Of a stretch of 64,000 nucleotides of DNA, positions 41,880 through 56,011 are shown in pieces. This DNA is from Eledone cirrhosa (Eukaryota), in assembly GCA_964016885.1 (NCBI GenBank), contig OZ024742.1:314712001-314776000 (forward strand), read 5' to 3'. The translations under genes were made by a program, and so were the position numbers. How positions within the stretch are numbered: the first letter of the stretch is position 1; each line of letters begins with the position of its first letter. The notes beneath the pieces are model-generated. The model did not search any database and was not told the origin of the DNA. It saw only the letters and a list, made by a program, of their open reading frames with translations.

Positions 41880-42085
41880 ATTTAGGCACAAGGCCAAGAA
41901 TTTGGAGGAGGGGGAAAGTCGATTAATTTAACCCTAGTGCATTACTGGTACTTTATTTTATTGACAGCTTGAGTAAAAGCAAAGCTAACTTCGGTCGGGT
42001 ATGAAATCAGAGCGTTAAGTACTGTAGCTACATGCCGCAAAGCATGCTAGCCGACGCTCTAACGATACTGCCTATCCACTGCCCT
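41880..42085 (-). mobile_element. tRNA-derived SINE, diverged
   Basis: Same tail (ggccttgtgcc) and central motif as the other copies. Confidence 0.7.
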
Positions 42086-42863
42086 CTTTTCCAAATAATA
42101 ATCCCGAAAGTAGGCTCTATACATGCGAAACTAATAAGCAAAGGTATTTACTAGGCCATAACAACTCTTGTGTTCGGTACATAATTCAATTACAATTGAT
42201 TGCATCTCAAAGATTTACATATATACCACTCTACTTTCGAACAGCATCAAGTTTCTCTTTTTATTTCCTGTCTTGACACCTAATTTAATGAGATCATTTA
42301 ATTGCAGATGCGTTTTCATTTGCTCGAGAATGTCACGTGTCTAAAAATTCCGGTAGTTACGTAACTTGAATTAACGTATCCTAGTTTCTATTTCTTTTTC
42401 AAGTTTTCGTGTTTTTTTTTTTTGTGGGGGGGGGGGGGGGGGGCAAAGACATTTCGAAACTGCATAAATCGTTTATTTTCTGTATTTATCTTATCCAGTT
42501 ACATCCATCTCTTAATCTAGAATTCTGGTGTCCTTAGCCCTAGGACGACCGAGCTAGAACAGCTCATCAACGTGTCTCACTCATCATCCCTCGGGGAAAC
42601 GCCTTCTCTATTCTGTCCACCGGGGCCCCGGGGAGGCCAGCACGTGGGCACCCATTTGCTGGGAGAGCGGGAGAGCGGAGGCAGTGACAGTGGGAGTTTG
42701 GTTCCATTGTGTTCGGATCTGGTGTTTATATGTATATATCTATTTACCACAGCATACCTTAGTAACAGTTCTTATATGAAATTATAATAGACAGTCATTG
42801 GTATATCTGTGAAGTGCAACACTCGATATATCGCTTCAAGTTTTAATATTTGATAAAATAAAC

Positions 42864-43200
<337 letters not shown>

Positions 43201-43884
43201 AATCACCACAGGTACTAAGAAAACCTCGGAAATATATAGGGTGTCTATGACACAGTTGCTGTTCAATGGTATTAATTTGACATACCAGAACTATAAACTT
43301 GAGTAAAGCGGAAAAAGTAAAATTCAAACAATCTTTTAAAATAAAAGCAATATGGATAGGTAAATATTTAAATTATATTTTTGAATTTATTTTGAAAGAT
43401 TGTTTGAAGTTTACTTGTTCCTCTTATCTCAATTTTGTAAATATATATATATATAAACGAAAAAAATGAAACGAAATTTCATTTCTCACTCTTAGTACGG
43501 CTGTTACTTAAATATAAGTATGTATACGTATATACATATATGTATACAGACGTACAGTAGTATGTATATATATATATACATACATGCACACATATATATA
43601 TATGTACGTATGGATTCACCGAACATTTATTATAATGCTCGTGTGTTAGTAAACAAACATCCCGAATTAAGCCGTACAGTGTCTAGCAACCATCGTTGCT
43701 CATTTGTTCAACACTGATATATATATATATGTATATATGTGTGTGTGTGTGTATACAATAAAGAGAGAAAGAGACCCTGTGTGTATGTGTGTATATATAT
43801 GTTTATATGCGTATATATGATGAAATTCAGAATTCCAGATTAATTATTTGTTTTAAAAGTGAATAATATAATGCTTCAACTTAC

Positions 43885-44000
43885 TTGGAATAAATCTAAT
43901 TTTAATTCTTTTTGTTTTAATACAGCTAATATTTTCTTTTTACGACTGTACACTAGTTTGAGGCGAAAGTGTTCGTGATCTTTAACAGCAACTACAAGAC
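43885..44000 (-). CDS. Hv channel exon, post-S4 helix and coiled coil (SLVVAVKDHEHFRLKLVYSRKKKILAVLKQKELKLDLFQ)
   Basis: ttcttgctttccAG / GTaagt, 116 nt, phase 1-0. Continues the frame; resembles Hv1 GIIISVKTRSERQLLRLK. Confidence 0.9.
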
Positions 44001-44524
44001 CTGGAAAGCAAGAAAAGAAACAAATCGCATAATAAGCACCGTGATGTTGTTTGTGGTAGTAAAACAATGCATATAAACAATCAAATTTTGTGAATATTAA
44101 TACAAACAAAGAAATACATGTTGAGTTATATAGACGCCTGCCTGTATAAATCCTAATTTCATTTAATCGTTGTTTAAATCATGAGTTGATATAAAATACC
44201 AGTTAAAAATTACACGTTTTATTTAACGGAAACTTATAGATTATCATAGCCGAAAGCTTGGCTGTATGGTTAAGTTTGATTCGAAATCCCCTGGTTTGGG
44301 GATCATTACTGAGAATGTGTTTTTATTACAGCCTCGGATTGGTGCATGCCTTGTAAGTAAAACTCTGTAGAGGAAGACAGTACAGAAGAGCTTTGTATAT
44401 ATGAATAGAGTTGAGTGTGTCCACTTGTCCTATATTTACGTTGTTTTTGTAACCCAAGCCCTGTAAACTAGCTGTTCGATAAATAGTGTTCGAATGCGTT
44501 CGTATATACATACTGCGGTAATAT

Positions 44525-44870
44525 TTATATATATAAAATAGGGGATGTCAGTCTGTGTGTGTGTCTGTGAGTTTGAATCCCTAAAACTCGAGAATTACTC
44601 AACGATTCTTTTCAAACAACACATGTATATTACTTATGTTTCAGTGAGTGTTATGCAACTTGTTGATCCCCTAGGGCCCGCATTAGGTGAAAAACTGCGT
44701 TTTTTCAGCTTTTTAGGGGTTTTTTTATGAGGCGTTACGTCAGACCGATTTCCTTGAAATTGTAACTATGTATTAGTCAGTTTCTTCTTCATACCGTGAG
44801 CAATGAAAATCCAACTTTTTTATGGCCTAGGTGAAAAACTTAATATTTTAAGTTTTTTAGGGCTTTTTTT
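44525..44870 (+). mobile_element. Non-autonomous Helitron-like 5' fragment
   Basis: TATATAAAA...gtctgtgtgtgtgtctgt...aaaactcgagaa..actcaacgatt..ttcaaac 5' signature; no 3' hairpin seen. Confidence 0.5.
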
Positions 44871-44907
44871 GAGTAAAGTTCTATAAATGAGTTCATAATA
44901 AACTTAC

Positions 44908-45046
44908 TGTTCACCACACGAATAACTCTCCAAGGTAACAGGAAGGCTAGAATGAAGACAAACTCCTCTATCTTATATCTCGGAAGGCCATTTACGAATA
45001 TAAGATCTACAACGAAGGAAACTATCAGGATAGTTGCGTCAAATAC
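44908..45046 (-). CDS. Hv channel exon, S3 and S4 (VFDATILIVSFVVDLIF...AFLLPWRVIRVVN)
   Basis: tctctttgtccaacAG / GTaagt, 139 nt, phase 0-1. S3 aspartates (D174/D185 equivalents) and S4 WRxxR with the Hv-specific tryptophan. Confidence 0.93.
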
Positions 45047-45141
45047 CTGTTGGACAAAGAGAAAATGATAGAAAATCATTAAGAAATACTTCATATCAGA
45101 ATAAATAGACAGATAATTAGTTAAGTATGATTGTGAAGCAT

Positions 45142-45293
<152 letters not shown>

Positions 45294-45417
45294 CGATGGA
45301 AATGTGGTAAGGAACCAGGTGGACCATAACGCACCAAAGTACTCAATACTTAGGGTAGTAGAGTGGGTAATAGGAAGGAGTAGGACCCCGACGGGTGAGC
45401 TCAAGCCGTTTCGTATC

Positions 45418-45526
<109 letters not shown>

Positions 45527-45567
45527 CTCACATTCATACTTAACTTATTATCTGTCTATTTATTCTG

Positions 45568-45600
<33 letters not shown>

Positions 45601-46724
45601 ATCGGAACAATTCATAGACTTACATACATGATCACTGCAGCATTCACAAACGTATATCTAAATGCAAACGTCAGATCAAGCACGTACTAATCTCACAATT
45701 CATGCGGTTCTTTTAATAACTATCTGCTTATCTTTTCATTCAATAAAGCATTTAAACCCGAAGAGAATTGGGACGTTTTATTCCGTGAGTAACCATTGGC
45801 GTCTACATTTCGGGCTTATGTCGTTCCTCTCATGACAAAAATCATGTTGCGTTGTTTAAACTATGTCTTTTTATACATTTGGGTTATTCACAGTATGTAT
45901 GTTCCTTTCTATAGTTTTGAACGCATTTTATTAAATGAGAACCTCTATATGGCGTGCTTTATGTAATGAATTATTTCTAATCATTTCTTTTACTTCGTTT
46001 ATGTTTTACTCGGAGAAAGAAAGGCAACACAGTTGACGTTTTTGTGGTTACAGAGAGGAGGAAAACATGACTGATAGATTGTAGCAATAGAAATTTGAAG
46101 AAGGATATCGAATATTTCTCAAATCATGTGGCTGGTTCACTTGTTTAGAGATATGTGGTGCAGATAAACTATGTAGAGTGTTATCAACTAGACCTACATT
46201 CTTAAAATTATTCGGTGGGTGCATTGCGTGTTGTGGGAATACTTTATGAATTCTGAAATATAGTGCTAATATGCATTTGACCATAATTGTTTTGCATCAG
46301 GAGCTAAGTAACGTCAGCAAGATTTCTATATATTTCACTCGTCCACTGTTGCTTTGTACACCTGGATTACGTTGTTATTCTTCACTTGTTTATCGTTCTT
46401 AGCATGTGTGTACAGCGTAGGCAGCATTTATATGGTTATTTAAGATATTTATATGATATATATTATTCTGTACTGTAAATGATATCATTCTTCTGATTAG
46501 CATATTGCACGACAACATTAAAACAACGGGTCATTCACACCTTTATTATATTTCTATCACTTTTTGTTCGTCTGTTCGTCACTTTGCTCCCTCTTTACAT
46601 GTTCAGCCTATTCTTGTTATTGATCTGTTATTTTCCCTCTCCGCACTTGTTTATTTTATTCCTTATCTATTCATAATTCTAGACAACCGTTATAATTTTG
46701 GTCTACTATTTCTCTTTTATTTTT

Positions 46725-46787
<63 letters not shown>

Positions 46788-47842
46788 TCTTCCTGCTTAT
46801 GTACTGTAATTATTGAATGTTATTTTTGTCTACTCTACATGGAGGTAATATGACATTACTTCCGACATTCTTGATTTCCTTTTTGCCCTATTATATGCTG
46901 TTCTGCTTCTTCAAAATAAACACGTTTCCCATGGAAATTCTTAAGCATTTATGAATTTTTCAAGTAAATTCTTAAATAGTTGGTTCTAAACTATCTGTTC
47001 TTATTTATGTAGGTTAAGCTTTATTTTATTCTGAATCCTGTAACCATTATTTTCCTATTCAGATTTGATAAGTTTTATATGCATGTATCAAATATATTTT
47101 CTCCTAACAGTCCGAGCTTTCCACAAATATATTCCCAATTTTCTTTGATGGAAGGCAAGTCATCGTAAACTTCCTTTTAACCGAGGATTATTTTTTGCGT
47201 ATATCTATACCTCTCTTCTTGAAGTAGTACTTATTCATTCATATATTTCTATGAATGAATGAATAATTCATAAGCAGTGCAAAGCACTAGTCTTTTTGAA
47301 AATTCTCAAAATGATTCTAACCAGAAACCCAGCCTGATTCACATGATTACACCGCTTCAATCATATGCTCTAATATTAGAATTACTTTAAAGTGTTTACA
47401 ATATAGTTTTCTGTAAATTTTGGTTCAATAACCTCGGTTTGGTGCACTTTTTCATTCTAACTTTGTATAATGTGAAATTTTTATGATAGATTTAACCTTC
47501 TTCAATTGATATTCTTTGGCACGTAAATAAACTTTACTTTTTTCAGACTTAATGTTTTAGTAATTTTATAACTACTACTGCTATTTACACTTAACGAATT
47601 TTCCGCTTGGACACATATATTTAGCTATTTTTAGTTTGCTTTTTAAATAGCGCAGGCATTTGAGCTACAGTTATCTAGAAACATAATGTTATTAGCTGCA
47701 TCAAACTAACATGATTTACCTAGCACATCTAACACAAGACCGATGATTTTTTTTTTTAAGTAAACTAAATTTAAAACACACTTATACATTGGCATACATT
47801 CTAAAACAAATTAGGAAAGAATGCATCGGATCAGTGACTTAC

Positions 47843-47896
47843 CTCCAATTTCCCTTTAAAAAATCTTGTGCCGAAAGAGATCATTTTTAATATCGT
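47843..47896 (-). CDS. Hv channel exon, end of S2 and S2-S3 linker (TILKMISFGTRFFKGKLE)
   Basis: Not in the ORF track. tcttttattcacAG / GTaagt, 54 nt, phase 0-0. Aligns without gaps to Hv1 IIFKLFVFRLEFFHHKFE. Confidence 0.9.
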
Positions 47897-48214
47897 CTGT
47901 GAATAAAAGAAAAATTAAAGAGTAAGTGATTAAATACAAGGAGACACAAAATATAATAGAAGTAAAATACATTATCATTAAATCTACATTTTTGTTAAGA
48001 ACAAGAATTCATATCATTTTCCTTGTGGCAGACAACCATTTTTTACATATGAATGTATATTTTTTGTATCATATATGTACGTACATTTTCTGTTCTACAT
48101 TTAACATATATGCTCTGAAAACAAAGAGAAATAATCTAAGAATTAACGCTGTCAAAATACTGAAAATAAAAATGTGTGAAGCTTAACGTCATTAAGGAAA
48201 TAAATAATAATTGT

Positions 48215-48785
48215 TGAAAGGATGAAAGGCAAAGTTAACCTCGGCGATCTTTAAACTCAGACCAAAGGGGGACGTAACTCTATGCGTCAAAGCATGGCGT
48301 CCGACCCTCTACTGATACTGCTAATCCACCGCCCTCCATAAATAAATAATAATAATTGTTTCTACTTTAGGCACAAGGCCAGCAAATACCCAGTGCATTA
48401 CTGGTACTTTATTTTATCGACCCCGTAAGGATGAAAGGCAAAGTTAATCTTGGCGGGATTTGAACTCAGAATGGCAAGGGCCGTAAATCTATACGTCAAA
48501 GCATGGCGTCCGACCCTCTACCAATACTGCCAATCCACCGCCCTTAAATAAATAAATAATAATAATTATTATTATTTCTACTTTAGATACAAGGCCAGAA
48601 ATTTGAAGGGGAGGGGAAGTCTATTAAATCAACCTCAGTGTGTTACTGGTGCTTTAATTTATTGACCCCGTAAGGATGAAAGGCAAAGCTAATCTCGGTG
48701 GGATTTGAACTCAGAACGTAAAGGACCGCACCTCTAGGCCGCTAAGCTTGTTGTCTGACGCTCTACCGATACTTCCAATCCAACA
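48215..48785 (-). mobile_element. Tandem array of three tRNA-derived SINE copies
   Basis: aaggatgaaaggcaaag at about 48218, 48427 and 48672, separated by (AAT)n tails. Confidence 0.85.
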
Positions 48786-49474
48786 ATGGTAATAATAATT
48801 ATAATAATATCGATAGAAAGATGAAAGATAGATCGATCGTTCGATCGATAGATAGATATGTAAAAATCATGCATATCTTTCTGTAAGTGAGGTGCTATTA
48901 TGACACCCGATGCAGGGGACTGAAGGCAAGCGCACATTCACACATTGTTTTCTACCCCAAAAGATAAAATCTAAAGAGAAGAAGGAATAACAGCCACAAC
49001 CACAACAAGAGCAATATTGATAATGTTTTTTTTTTGTTTTTTTTTTCGAAAGTTTTCTCTAGCAGTCAGTTGCTTGGTCTTAGATAAGTGTCTGATCTCA
49101 CAGGCACAATATATCACGCAGGATTCTGGATATACTAGTGATGGTAGACATTTTGGAACTGCCTATAAATGCGGTGGTCTCAAGGCTTTTGATGAAATAC
49201 GTAAGACGTTTAGGGACCGTGCCCAGTGCTCCAATGACGATTGGCACGGATTCGGTCTCTATATGTTGCTCAGTTCTAATAGCCTCCGTATGTATATATA
49301 TGCAACATTAAAAGAATATATTGGAATCTGGCCTTCTGTTTTTACCGTTCACAAACTAGTAACGAGATGGATGATACGCATATCTCGAGTGCTTTTGCCC
49401 CTGAATAATCGAAATAACTAGACCCATGCATTACTTAAACCAGCAAACATAAACAATATATATATATATATATA

Positions 49475-49605
<131 letters not shown>

Positions 49606-49784
49606 ATGTATATTAGAAAAGGGAAGTAAGGTTCTATACAAAACAGTGAATATAGAGAAAAGGTGAAGTTGGAAATAAACACGGAAAATATATTTTAGGG
49701 TCTGTTTTTCTTTTTTTTTTTCTTTTTTTGATTCGTCAAATTGACATTATTGAAAGAATGAGAGGGCCAATACTTTTTAAAAAG

Positions 49785-49895
49785 AAGTTTTTTTTCCATC
49801 CTCCTTGCTCAGAAGGGGACTGGAGAATGGGTTCTTGTGTATCAAGAACTCATTCTCCAGTCCACTTCTGAGCAAGGAAGATGGAAAGAAAACTT
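49785..49895. repeat. Hairpin with arms of about 50 bp
   Basis: tttccatcctccttgctcagaaggggactggagaatgggttcttg / caagaactcattctccagtccacttctgagcaaggaagatggaaa. Confidence 0.85.
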
Positions 49896-50605
49896 GCCCC
49901 AACACTTTTAAATCTTTAATTTTAGTTTTTAATTATTATTAATTCTTTTTAATTGTATTACTATATATATATAATCTTTATTCAAATGATTATTAAATTA
50001 ATTATCAGAGTGGCGTTTGTATCCTCTTAATCAATTAATTAAAGCGCGAGCATTATTAAATCCTCTGTGTCGACTGTAACATTCCCAATATAATATGGGC
50101 TCACATAGGCTGCTACCCAATCTATCCAACGGTGCATGGGGATATGAATGAATAGGAAGACAAGTTGGTACGGTTTAATAATTTAATTTAGTATATACAA
50201 TCAATATATTAAATACATTAAATAATGGAAAACAAACCCCTGTCTTCATATTCTTTCATATATATATAGACACACAAAAGCAACCCGCACGCACACATAT
50301 ATGCACACATACTCTTGTACCTGTTCCAGCCATCCGGCTTAGACCATGCTGGGGCACCACACCTGCTGTTACACGTTCTATCTCCAGCCTGTGTTGGCTG
50401 GCCATTGGTGTAAGACGGAGTACATATATATATTTTATGTGTATATATATATATATATATATAATATACATATATAAAAAAATATGTATATATATATATA
50501 TATATACACGTATAAAATAGTATATATATAAATACATGTATATATATATACACGTATAATATAGTATATACGTATATACATGTATAGTATCTAAATATAT
50601 ATATA

Positions 50606-51445
50606 GATAAATAGCTTTTATTTATTTATTGTTTCTTCGTAGGTGCCTTTTAATCTTATAGCCTTGTTTAATTGTCTTTTTGTGTGGTTGATTATGCTGA
50701 TTGGGAGAGGAAATAATGTATATATTTTATCAAATGATTCTATGGACATACTTTATTGTATATTGCTCTGATTGTTGATTATTTAATTAATTAATTCGTC
50801 ATTGAGCCACATCGCGGATGGTCGCCAAAAACACATATATATATATCTATGACTTTGTCTAGTTTATGTATATGTAAATCTTTATATTTGATAACCTCCC
50901 ATATGGTTGAGATGCAATTTAAGCAGTATTAGGCTGCGCTTTCTAGCAACCAGCCCACTCGCCGTAAGGCACCAATGACATTCTTTCTGACTTGACCACT
51001 GCCACATCACAGATCTTAGCCATTTTGAATTTGTTTCTGGCGGGGATCATTTCAGAAAAATCTTCGTCCACGTGAGTTTGTTTCCTGGTGAGTTCGAAAC
51101 TCGTGAATTTATCCTTGACGGATATTTCCAAAAAGCGAATGAAACCTCATGGAGTAGAAACATAATGTTGATATGCTTATATACTTTTACTCTTCTAACT
51201 TTGATTTTAAACCTAATTGTGTATGGTGACGATATATTTAATCGATTTCCACGTGCTATTAGAAATGCTGGTAAATATTCTATAGCTGTTGATCGCGGAT
51301 AGATAGCTGTCGTTTATTTATCTATTGTTTCTTCATAGGTGCCTTTTAATCTTGTTTAATTGTTTTTTTGTGTGGTTGATTATGCTGATTGGGAGAGGAA
51401 ATAATGTATATATTGTATCAAATGATTCTATGGGCATACTTTATA

Positions 51446-51447
<2 letters not shown>
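50606..51447. mobile_element. Non-coding element with terminal direct repeats (period about 690 bp), copy 1
   Basis: 50606-50760 repeated at 51298-51447; flanked by (TA)n; second copy at 57560-58460. Confidence 0.75.
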
Positions 51448-51484
<37 letters not shown>

Positions 51485-51487
<3 letters not shown>

Positions 51488-52616
51488 ATATATATAAATT
51501 AAGTATGTGTGTGTCTGTGTGTCTGTGTATTACCTATAGGGACCTCCATCTTACGAACGATTTTCATGAAACTTTAGAGGCTCATAGATTAGTCATCGTG
51601 GAGTGTTTTATATATAGCAAGGTATCGTGGTCATTCTTCAGATAAAATTCGATAGGGGGGGGGGTCACCTTTTTAGGTATCGTAAAATAAGATTTTTGGC
51701 TCTAGCTCCCACATTTTGCCAGCGATGTCATTCAAATTTTAAAGCAAAATAGAATTAATCATTGCACATCCTGTAATAACTTTATATTTTGCAATTGTTG
51801 TTCCGGGACGGCGTGGCAGCCGCTTAAATATAAATAAAACACTTTTAAACTCAAATTTCCACTTTTTTGGCTCTATCTCCCATATTGATCAACGTACTTT
51901 GTTCAAATTTTACACTACGCTAGATCTGATTATTTTGGATTTTTCGTTCAGGAACGGCGTGGTAGCCACTTAAGTATTCGAAAATACCACCTTTTCGCTC
52001 AAATTTCCGCCTTTTCGGATCTAGCTCCAACATTTTTCAACCGATTTCGTTCAAATTCGAAACTTCGGCTCCACCTCACACATAAATCGATTTATTTGGT
52101 TCAACTTTTACACTACGATAGAACCTATCATAGAACATCTTATAGTAGCTTTACACTTTGCATTTTTTGTTCAGGGAGGGCGACCTCTCATTAGCACATT
52201 TTTCAACCGATTTCCTTCAAATTCGAAACTTCGGCTCCACATCACACATAAATCAATTTATTTGCTTCAACTTTTATACTACGATAGAACCTATCATTGC
52301 ACATCTTATAAATGGTCAAAGGCAAAACGATGGCCATTGACGTCGTCTGAGCTTTTAGTTGTGTATTTGAGAATTCATCGGTTTCCAATGAAGTAGCGTG
52401 AAGAAATTTGGCTTAGAGGTCATTACCTCCCTCCTCCAGAATGCCCCTTCGTCAGTCACCCGCGTTTCTCAGTGGTAGAGGTCATCACCACCCTCCCTCG
52501 CATGGCCTGTGCGTGGCCATAGATGAGTCATCGAGAAGCAGTCGCTAAGATCAACACCTTTTCATCAAAGCAGATATTATTTTACCTACCCAGGCAACGC
52601 TGGGTATTGCTGCTAG
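51485..52616 (+). mobile_element. Non-autonomous Helitron
   Basis: 5' tatataaa..gtgtgtgtctgt signature, internal tandem repeats, and 3' hairpin TACCCAG-gcaacg-CTGGGTA followed by CTAG|T. Confidence 0.8.
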
Positions 52617-52642
52617 TATATATATATATATGTATATATATA

Positions 52643-52737
<95 letters not shown>

Positions 52738-52948
52738 GTGATTGTAAGTGTTTATGTGTCCGTCGTTTTTTCGTGCTAGTTACCAATTTCTTTATTTGAA
52801 TTAGATAGAAATCATTCTAATATATATATATATACACATATATATACATAGGGCGGGTAAAATTTTCGATATATATGTATATATAAAACAAGGTAACAAC
52901 ACGTACATCTGGAAACGAGAGAAAATAAAAAGAAAAGTGTATATTTAC

Positions 52949-53274
52949 ACCAGCGACTAAGACTGCAAGTATGGAGATACTGGCCAAATGGAAGCCGTGC
53001 CCTATCTTTTCCTCGAGTGTATGCGAGCCGGGTAACCGCACGTGAACTTCCCACTTTGCCCATACAGGGTCGAAGTCGGCTGCACGTCTATTGCGGGTTG
53101 TTGGACGGGTTGAGGTGGGCACCGAGCTATTCTTGGGCCATGTCATTACGGAGTTTAGAACTTTCTCATAAACATAGATCAAGTGATCCTGCGTGTCATT
53201 CATTTCTGATGGGTATTTGTTCCTGAGTTTCTTTAAAAATGTATCACTAAGTTTTTCTGTTTCTTGCAACGTGT
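52949..53274 (-). CDS. Hv-family voltage-gated proton channel (Hv3-type), exon encoding the long S1-S2 loop and most of S2
   Basis: Acceptor ttatctttcAG (53276-53275) and donor GTaaat (52948-52947). 326 nt, phase 1 to 0. Ends ...KIGHGFHLASISILAVLVAG, matching Hv1 S2 FHYMSITILVFFMME. Confidence 0.88.
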
Positions 53275-53971
53275 CTGAAAGATAAATAAATAATACAAAA
53301 TAAGACTTCCCAGCAGAAAATAGATTAAATATTTCAATGAAAAACGTAAATATCATGAAATCGTAGTAGTGTATGCCTTACGTACATTACATTAGTTACG
53401 TCAAAGTAAATGGATATTTAAAACAAATTTCATATAAAACTTGACACAAATTCTGAATAGTTCTGTTCTGAAATCTAACATGCAACATTCATTATGAACA
53501 TCACGTGCCATCTGCAAAAATTTTGGCTTCAGTTCTTTCTCAAGGTTTTCTTTTTCAATGTTAATTGTTTTCTGAAATAAGTAATCATTTCCGACACTCA
53601 CGCGCGCATATCGCTACAAATTCTGTCTGTAGTGTATCACCAGAGCAATGCATAAACTTTTTTCAGGTTTATATTGTTAATGTGTAATTTCCATATATAT
53701 ATATATATATGGTGAATTCACTTATGTTTATTAATATATTTATACATTTTTATGAACACATTTGTATATCTTTATTTATTCTCCGATACTCAGCAACAGT
53801 AGTAAAAGTATACTCCGATCTTTCTTTTGCATGTGTCGGATAATACTCTAGTACAGGGGTCGGCAACCATTATTTTCTCCAATTTACTTAGTTACAGAAA
53901 ATACGAAGAAATCCTGATGAATGTTGTCATAGATAACATTCCGTTTTAACACTAATTTAACACTAATTGCA

Positions 53972-54028
<57 letters not shown>

Positions 54029-54258
54029 TGTCTGATTTCAGAATTTTATAATTGTTGACCAGTAGAGAAAGAGATAGTCTGTTTCTGTCATAGACACAAG
54101 ATTCTTTTATTGAAATTTAGACAACATCAACTAAGTAAATATGTCTGCATGCGTGCGTGTGTGTTTAGGTATGGATTTTATTGCATATTTCTAGTATATT
54201 TTTCACATAAAATATTCCTACATAATAATTAAACCTATCAGTCATAGAAATTTCCTTT

Positions 54259-54294
<36 letters not shown>

Positions 54295-54302
<8 letters not shown>

Positions 54303-55066
54303 TATGTATACGTACATTCATATATGTATACAGACGTACAGTAGTATGTATATATATATACATACATGCACACATATATATATGTACGTATGGATTCACC
54401 GAACATTTATTATAATGCTCGGTGTGTTTGTAAACAAACATCCCGAATTAAGCCGTACAGTGTCTATCAACCACCGTTGCTAGACACTGTACGGCTTTTG
54501 TTCAACACTGACAAAGGAACGATGTACTAGTTTCAAGCTTATTAGCTATCGTCAGCAATGTATACCTTCCTGCCAGATGATTGAAAGTCTGAAAGTATAT
54601 ACTTTCCTTATGCATATTAACGGCTGAGCAGCCTAATTTGCATATCGAGTGAGTTAATCGGCCGGGCACACCGGACACGATAAACGTTTTATGCCGTTAA
54701 TATGCATAAGGAAAGTATATACTTTCAGACGTTCAATCATCTGGCAGGAAGGTATACGTTGCTGACGATAACTAATAAGCTTGAAACTAGTACAGCGTTC
54801 CTTTGTCAGTGTTGAACAAATGAGCAACGATGGTTGCTAGACTCTGTACGGCTTAATTCAGGATGTTTGTTTACAAACACACCGAGCATTATAATAAATG
54901 TTCGGTGAATCCATACGTACATATATATATGTGTGCATGTATATATATATATATACATACTACTGTACGTATGTATACATATATGTATGTACGTATGCAT
55001 ACTTATATTTAAGTAACAGCCGTACTAAGAGTTAGAAATGAAATTTCGTTTCATTTTTTCCGTTTA
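54295..55066. mobile_element. Foldback element with inverted arms of about 320 bp (54295-54624 / 54693-55007); partial copy at 43455-43717
   Basis: Arms are near reverse complements; each has a hammerhead; flanked by (TA)n. Confidence 0.85.
54756..54798 (+). ncRNA. Minimal type I hammerhead ribozyme (mirror copy on the minus strand at about 54519-54561)
   Basis: ACGTTG-CTGACGA-tA(A/G)CT aata AGCTt-GAAA-CTAG-TA-CAGCGT; the minus copy has a perfect AGCT/AGCT stem II. Confidence 0.75.
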
Positions 55067-55082
55067 TATATATATATATATA

Positions 55083-55452
55083 CAATATATTAATAAATGG
55101 AAACTATATTTATAAAACCATAATTATTTTATTATATATATTTCAAGGGCGACCAAGGCAAATTTTTGTGCGCATTCCTCAAATAAAATACAAAATTTGT
55201 TTTTATAAATGTTGACATACCCGCAGAAAAACAACATTTATAAAACAAATTTTGTATTTTATCTGATGAAAGCGCACCAAAATCTGCCTTGGTTGCCCTT
55301 GAAATATATATAATAAAATAATTATGGTTTTATAAATATAGTTTCCATTTATTAATATATTGAATATTTACTCCAGTTACTGTTTAGTGCTTTATATCAG
55401 TTATAACATTTTAAGCTTGTTGAATCCCAACAAATTAAATATAACTTTTGCA
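55083..55452 (+). mobile_element. Solo inverted pLTR pair related to the 20010-22161 Penelope-like family
   Basis: Arms 55083-55214 / 55232-55362; tail to 55452 resembles the reverse complement of 20010-20100. Confidence 0.8.
55255..55320 (+). ncRNA. Type I hammerhead ribozyme
   Basis: TATTTTAT-CTGATGA-AAGcGCA...TGCcCTT-GAAA-TATATA-TA-ATAAAATA. Confidence 0.78.
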
Positions 55453-55566
55453 TATATATATATCGTAATAATAATAATGAGTTTAAGAAGATCTCGTTAA
55501 CGGTGAAAGCAGGGATTCTTTGCTTAAACTTTAATCTGTTATTTTTAATAAATATATATATAGGCT

Positions 55567-55640
<74 letters not shown>

Positions 55641-55920
55641 TGTGTGTGTGTGTGTGTGTGTATATATACCTAGATATAAATATATATATATTTATGTAAC
55701 AAAGAAGGTGTGGTAACATACCAGGTGGACCATAACGCACTAGGGTACTCGATACTTAGGGTAGTAGAGTGGGTAATAGTAGGAAAAGACGGCTGAGCGC
55801 CGGCCGTTTCGACACTTAGATCCCATCGATCTAGCAGTCCAAACGGCCGGAGGTCAGCAGTCGGGGTCGTGACTCTTTTACTATATATGTGTATATATAT
55901 GCGTGTGTGTATGCGTGTGT

Positions 55921-55961
<41 letters not shown>

Positions 55962-55971
55962 TGTGTGTGTG

Positions 55972-56011
<40 letters not shown>

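Noticed and set aside
53602-53626. Putative 25-nt micro-exon (TEFVAICA) before the S2 exon
   Set aside because: Good GTGAGT donor but no polypyrimidine tract and no homology; cannot be supported.
53905-53945. CTGATGA followed by a hairpin (hammerhead 5' half); a similar half-site lies at 38457
   Set aside because: No GAAA, stem III or stem I partner.
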